A stretch of DNA of 53,216 nucleotides, taken from NCBI GenBank assembly GCA_947176075.1, contig CAMWPG010000001.1, positions 1 through 53,216 on the forward strand. The letters run 5' to 3'. The notes beneath the pieces are model-generated. The model was not told where the DNA came from and made no database searches. It worked only from the letters and a program-made list of their open reading frames with translations. Every line of letters begins with the position of its first letter. Position 1 is the stretch's first letter. The position numbers were made by a program, and so were the translations under genes. Of this stretch, positions 50,802 through 53,216 are shown piece by piece. The stretch is from an uncultured Ruminococcus sp. GTDB lineage: Bacteria; Bacillota; Clostridia; Oscillospirales; Ruminococcaceae.

Positions 50802-50833
50802 GCAAATAATAGATGGAAAATATGCGGATATAC

Positions 50834-50862
50834 TTGTATTTCTGTATAGCATATGATATAAT
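50834..50862 (+). promoter_or_regulatory. SigA promoter for nfnAB
   Basis: TTGTAT-17 nt-TATAAT with TG extension. Confidence 0.65.
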
Positions 50863-50915
50863 GAATAGTAATTGCTGCATTTGCGGCAATGTTAAATCTA
50901 AGAGAGGTGAAAACT

Positions 50916-51746
50916 GTGTTTCCGATTATAGAGAAAACAGTACTTAATCAGGATGTTGTGAAAATTAAGGTTTTCGCACCGCTGATTGCAAAAAAAGCTC
51001 TTCCCGGTCAGTTTATTATTTTTCGGGTGGACGAATACGGCGAAAGAGTTCCGCTGACAATTGCTGATTATGACAGAGAAGCTGGCAATATTACATTGAT
51101 TTTCCAGCTTGTTGGTAATTCTACAAGAAGACTTGCAATGCTTGATGAAGGAGATGCTATTCTTGACCTTGTAGGTCCGCTTGGCGTGCCGACAGAGATA
51201 CCGGAGGATGTGAAATCGGTATGCGTTATCGGCGGCGGCGTTGGCTGCGCTATAGCATATCCGCAGTCAAAGCACCTGTTTAATAGCGGTGTTGAGGTCG
51301 ATGTTATTGCAGGATTCCGAAACAAGGATATAGTTATCCTTGAGGATGAATTCAAGGCTGCAAGCACGAATCTTTATCTTTGTACAGATGACGGCAGCTA
51401 TGGCATTAAGGGCTTGGTAACCGCTGTTCTTCAGGAGAGAATTGATTCCGGCAAAAAGTATGACATGGTAATTGCAATAGGTCCTATCCCTATGATGAAG
51501 TTTGTCTGCAAAACAACTGAGCCTTATGCACTTAAAACCATTGTTTCACTAAATCCTATTATGATCGACGGAACCGGAATGTGCGGCGGCTGCCGTGTAA
51601 CAGTAGGCGGAGAAATCAAGTATGCCTGCGTTGATGGACCTGATTTTGATGGGCATAAAGTAGACTTTGATGAACTTATGCGCAGAAATGGTACATATCG
51701 TGAACAGGAACATGAATGCCGTATGATGAAGCAGGCGGAGAAGTAA
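50916..51746 (+). CDS. nfnA: Electron-bifurcating transhydrogenase small subunit (NfnA/SudB-like)
   Basis: PGQF, ERVPLT, GPLG, GGGVG, DGTGMCGGCRV..CVDGP; GTG start after GAGGTG. Confidence 0.88.
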   Translation: MFPIIEKTVLNQDVVKIKVFAPLIAKKALPGQFIIFRVDEYGERVPLTIADYDREAGNITLIFQLVGNSTRRLAMLDEGDAILDLVGPLGVPTEIPEDVKSVCVIGGGVGCAIAYPQSKHLFNSGVEVDVIAGFRNKDIVILEDEFKAASTNLYLCTDDGSYGIKGLVTAVLQERIDSGKKYDMVIAIGPIPMMKFVCKTTEPYALKTIVSLNPIMIDGTGMCGGCRVTVGGEIKYACVDGPDFDGHKVDFDELMRRNGTYREQEHECRMMKQAEK

Positions 51747-51766
51747 GAGGAAAGGAAGAGAACACA

Positions 51767-53155
51767 ATGGCTAATATGGCTATGGAAAAGGTTCCGATGC
51801 CGGAACGTGACCCAAAGGAACGTGCCAAGTGCTTTGAAGAGGTGTCTACAGGCTATACGGCTGAAATGGCACAGGAAGAAGCAGCAAGATGTCTTGGATG
51901 TAAGGCTATGCCTTGCGTAAAGGGCTGCCCTGTAGGAGTTAGGATTCCGGATTTTATCGGAAAGATCGCAGCCGGTGATTTTGACGGCGCATATGATACT
52001 ATTACAATGACAAATAGTCTCCCGGCTGTATGCGGACGTGTATGTCCGCAGGAAAGTCAGTGTGAGGGTAAGTGTGTTCGAGGCGTAAAGGGTCAGCCGG
52101 TCGGAATCGGCAGACTGGAACGCTTTGCAGCTGATCATGTACGCAATAACGGCGGTAAAAAAGCTGCAGCTGTTGCTTCAAATGGACATAAGGTTGCTGT
52201 AGTAGGCGGCGGTCCTGCCGGTCTTACTTGTGCCGGTGATCTTGCTAAGCTTGGATATGAGGTAACTATTTTTGAAGCATTTCAGGTGGCTGGCGGCGTA
52301 CTTATGTATGGTATCCCTGAGTTCCGTCTTCCAAAGCAGATCGTTCAGGAGGAAATAAGCAGCCTTCAGGATATGGGTGTTGATATAAGAACAAACATGG
52401 TTATCGGAAAGGTGCTTTCTGTTGACGAACTTATGGAAGAAGGATATGAAGCTGTATTCGTAGGCTCAGGTGCAGGACTTCCAAGATTTATGGGTATTCC
52501 CGGCGAAGCACTCGTTGGCGTATGCTCTGCTAATGAATATCTTACAAGAATAAATCTTATGAAGGGCTACCTTGATGAATATGAAACTCCTGTTATCCGT
52601 TCAAAATCTGTTGCAGTTGTAGGCGGTGGAAACGTTGCTATGGACGCTGCAAGAAGCGCACTTAGAATGGGTGCAGAGCACGTATATATCGTGTACCGCC
52701 GTTCTGAGGCTGAAATGCCTGCCCGTGTGGAAGAAGTTCATCATGCAAAGGAAGAGGGCGTTGAGTTCCTTAACCTTAATAATCCTGTAGAGATAATAGG
52801 CGGAGAAAACGGCAGAGTATGCGGTATGAAGTGTATTCGTATGGAGCTGGGTGAGCCTGATGAAAGCGGCAGACGCAGACCTGTGGAGATTCCGGGAAGT
52901 GAGTACGTTCTGGATGTTGATACAGTTATTATGTCTATCGGTACATCGCCAAATCCTCTTATCCGTTCAACTACAAACGGGCTTGAGGCTAACCGCAGAG
53001 GCTGTCTGGTAGTTAATGAGGATACAATGGCTACTACAAAGGATGGCGTATATGCAGGCGGCGATGCTGTAACAGGTGCTGCTACTGTAATCCTTGCTAT
53101 GGGTGCAGGAAAAAAGGCAGCTGCATCAATTGACGAGTACATAAGAAGCAAATAA
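51767..53155 (+). CDS. nfnB: Electron-bifurcating transhydrogenase large subunit (NfnB/SudA; often annotated as homotetrameric glutamate synthase)
   Basis: CLGC..CVKGCP, CGRVCPQESQCE, GGGPAG, GGGNVAMD; paired with nfnA. Confidence 0.88.
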   Translation: MANMAMEKVPMPERDPKERAKCFEEVSTGYTAEMAQEEAARCLGCKAMPCVKGCPVGVRIPDFIGKIAAGDFDGAYDTITMTNSLPAVCGRVCPQESQCEGKCVRGVKGQPVGIGRLERFAADHVRNNGGKKAAAVASNGHKVAVVGGGPAGLTCAGDLAKLGYEVTIFEAFQVAGGVLMYGIPEFRLPKQIVQEEISSLQDMGVDIRTNMVIGKVLSVDELMEEGYEAVFVGSGAGLPRFMGIPGEALVGVCSANEYLTRINLMKGYLDEYETPVIRSKSVAVVGGGNVAMDAARSALRMGAEHVYIVYRRSEAEMPARVEEVHHAKEEGVEFLNLNNPVEIIGGENGRVCGMKCIRMELGEPDESGRRRPVEIPGSEYVLDVDTVIMSIGTSPNPLIRSTTNGLEANRRGCLVVNEDTMATTKDGVYAGGDAVTGAATVILAMGAGKKAAASIDEYIRSK

Positions 53156-53202
53156 CATCTGATGCGGTAAGTTTGCCGCAACTGACAGAAAGGAATATTT
53201 CA

Positions 53203-53216
53203 ATGAAAATGACTTT
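53203..53216 (+). CDS. Start of a CDS truncated by the window end
   Basis: SD GAAAGGA followed by ATG AAA ATG ACT. Confidence 0.4.

Noticed and set aside
51767..53155. Glutamate synthase
   Set aside because: No large gltB subunit in the window, and pairing with the NfnA-like gene indicates NfnAB

Overview
Core chromosomal window from a low-GC Clostridia bacterium, most likely Ruminococcus-like (Oscillospiraceae), judged from the dockerin gene, spoIIR and gene order. It is nearly all housekeeping: dusB, the rpmG-secE-nusG-rplK-rplA and rplJ-rplL operons, ddl-murI-argS, cdaR-ftsEX-M23-S41, nfeD-SPFH, lepA-hemW, spoIIR, infC-rpmI-rplT, dprA-topA-trmFO-plsX-rnc-radical SAM-smc-ftsY, rdgB-yhbY-nadD-yqeK-LCP-rsfS-leuS, rpsU, aroQ-M24 peptidase-efp and nfnAB. 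I found no rRNA, tRNA, CRISPR, transposase, phage or defence genes. The ORF track misses rpmG and rpsU and truncates infC, which appears to start at AUC. Most unusual features: (1) an AT-rich secreted dockerin gene between rplA and rplJ, flanked by two near-identical terminators and interrupted by one in-frame UGA with a 9-bp hairpin 11 nt downstream; (2) a 162-nt rod-like RNA structure between cdaR and ftsE; (3) a probable internal translation start in an AraC/GyrI regulator; (4) long structured leaders on rpmG, rpsU and cdaR. All product calls come from motif recognition by eye, not database searches. No new system is demonstrated; the findings are testable candidates.
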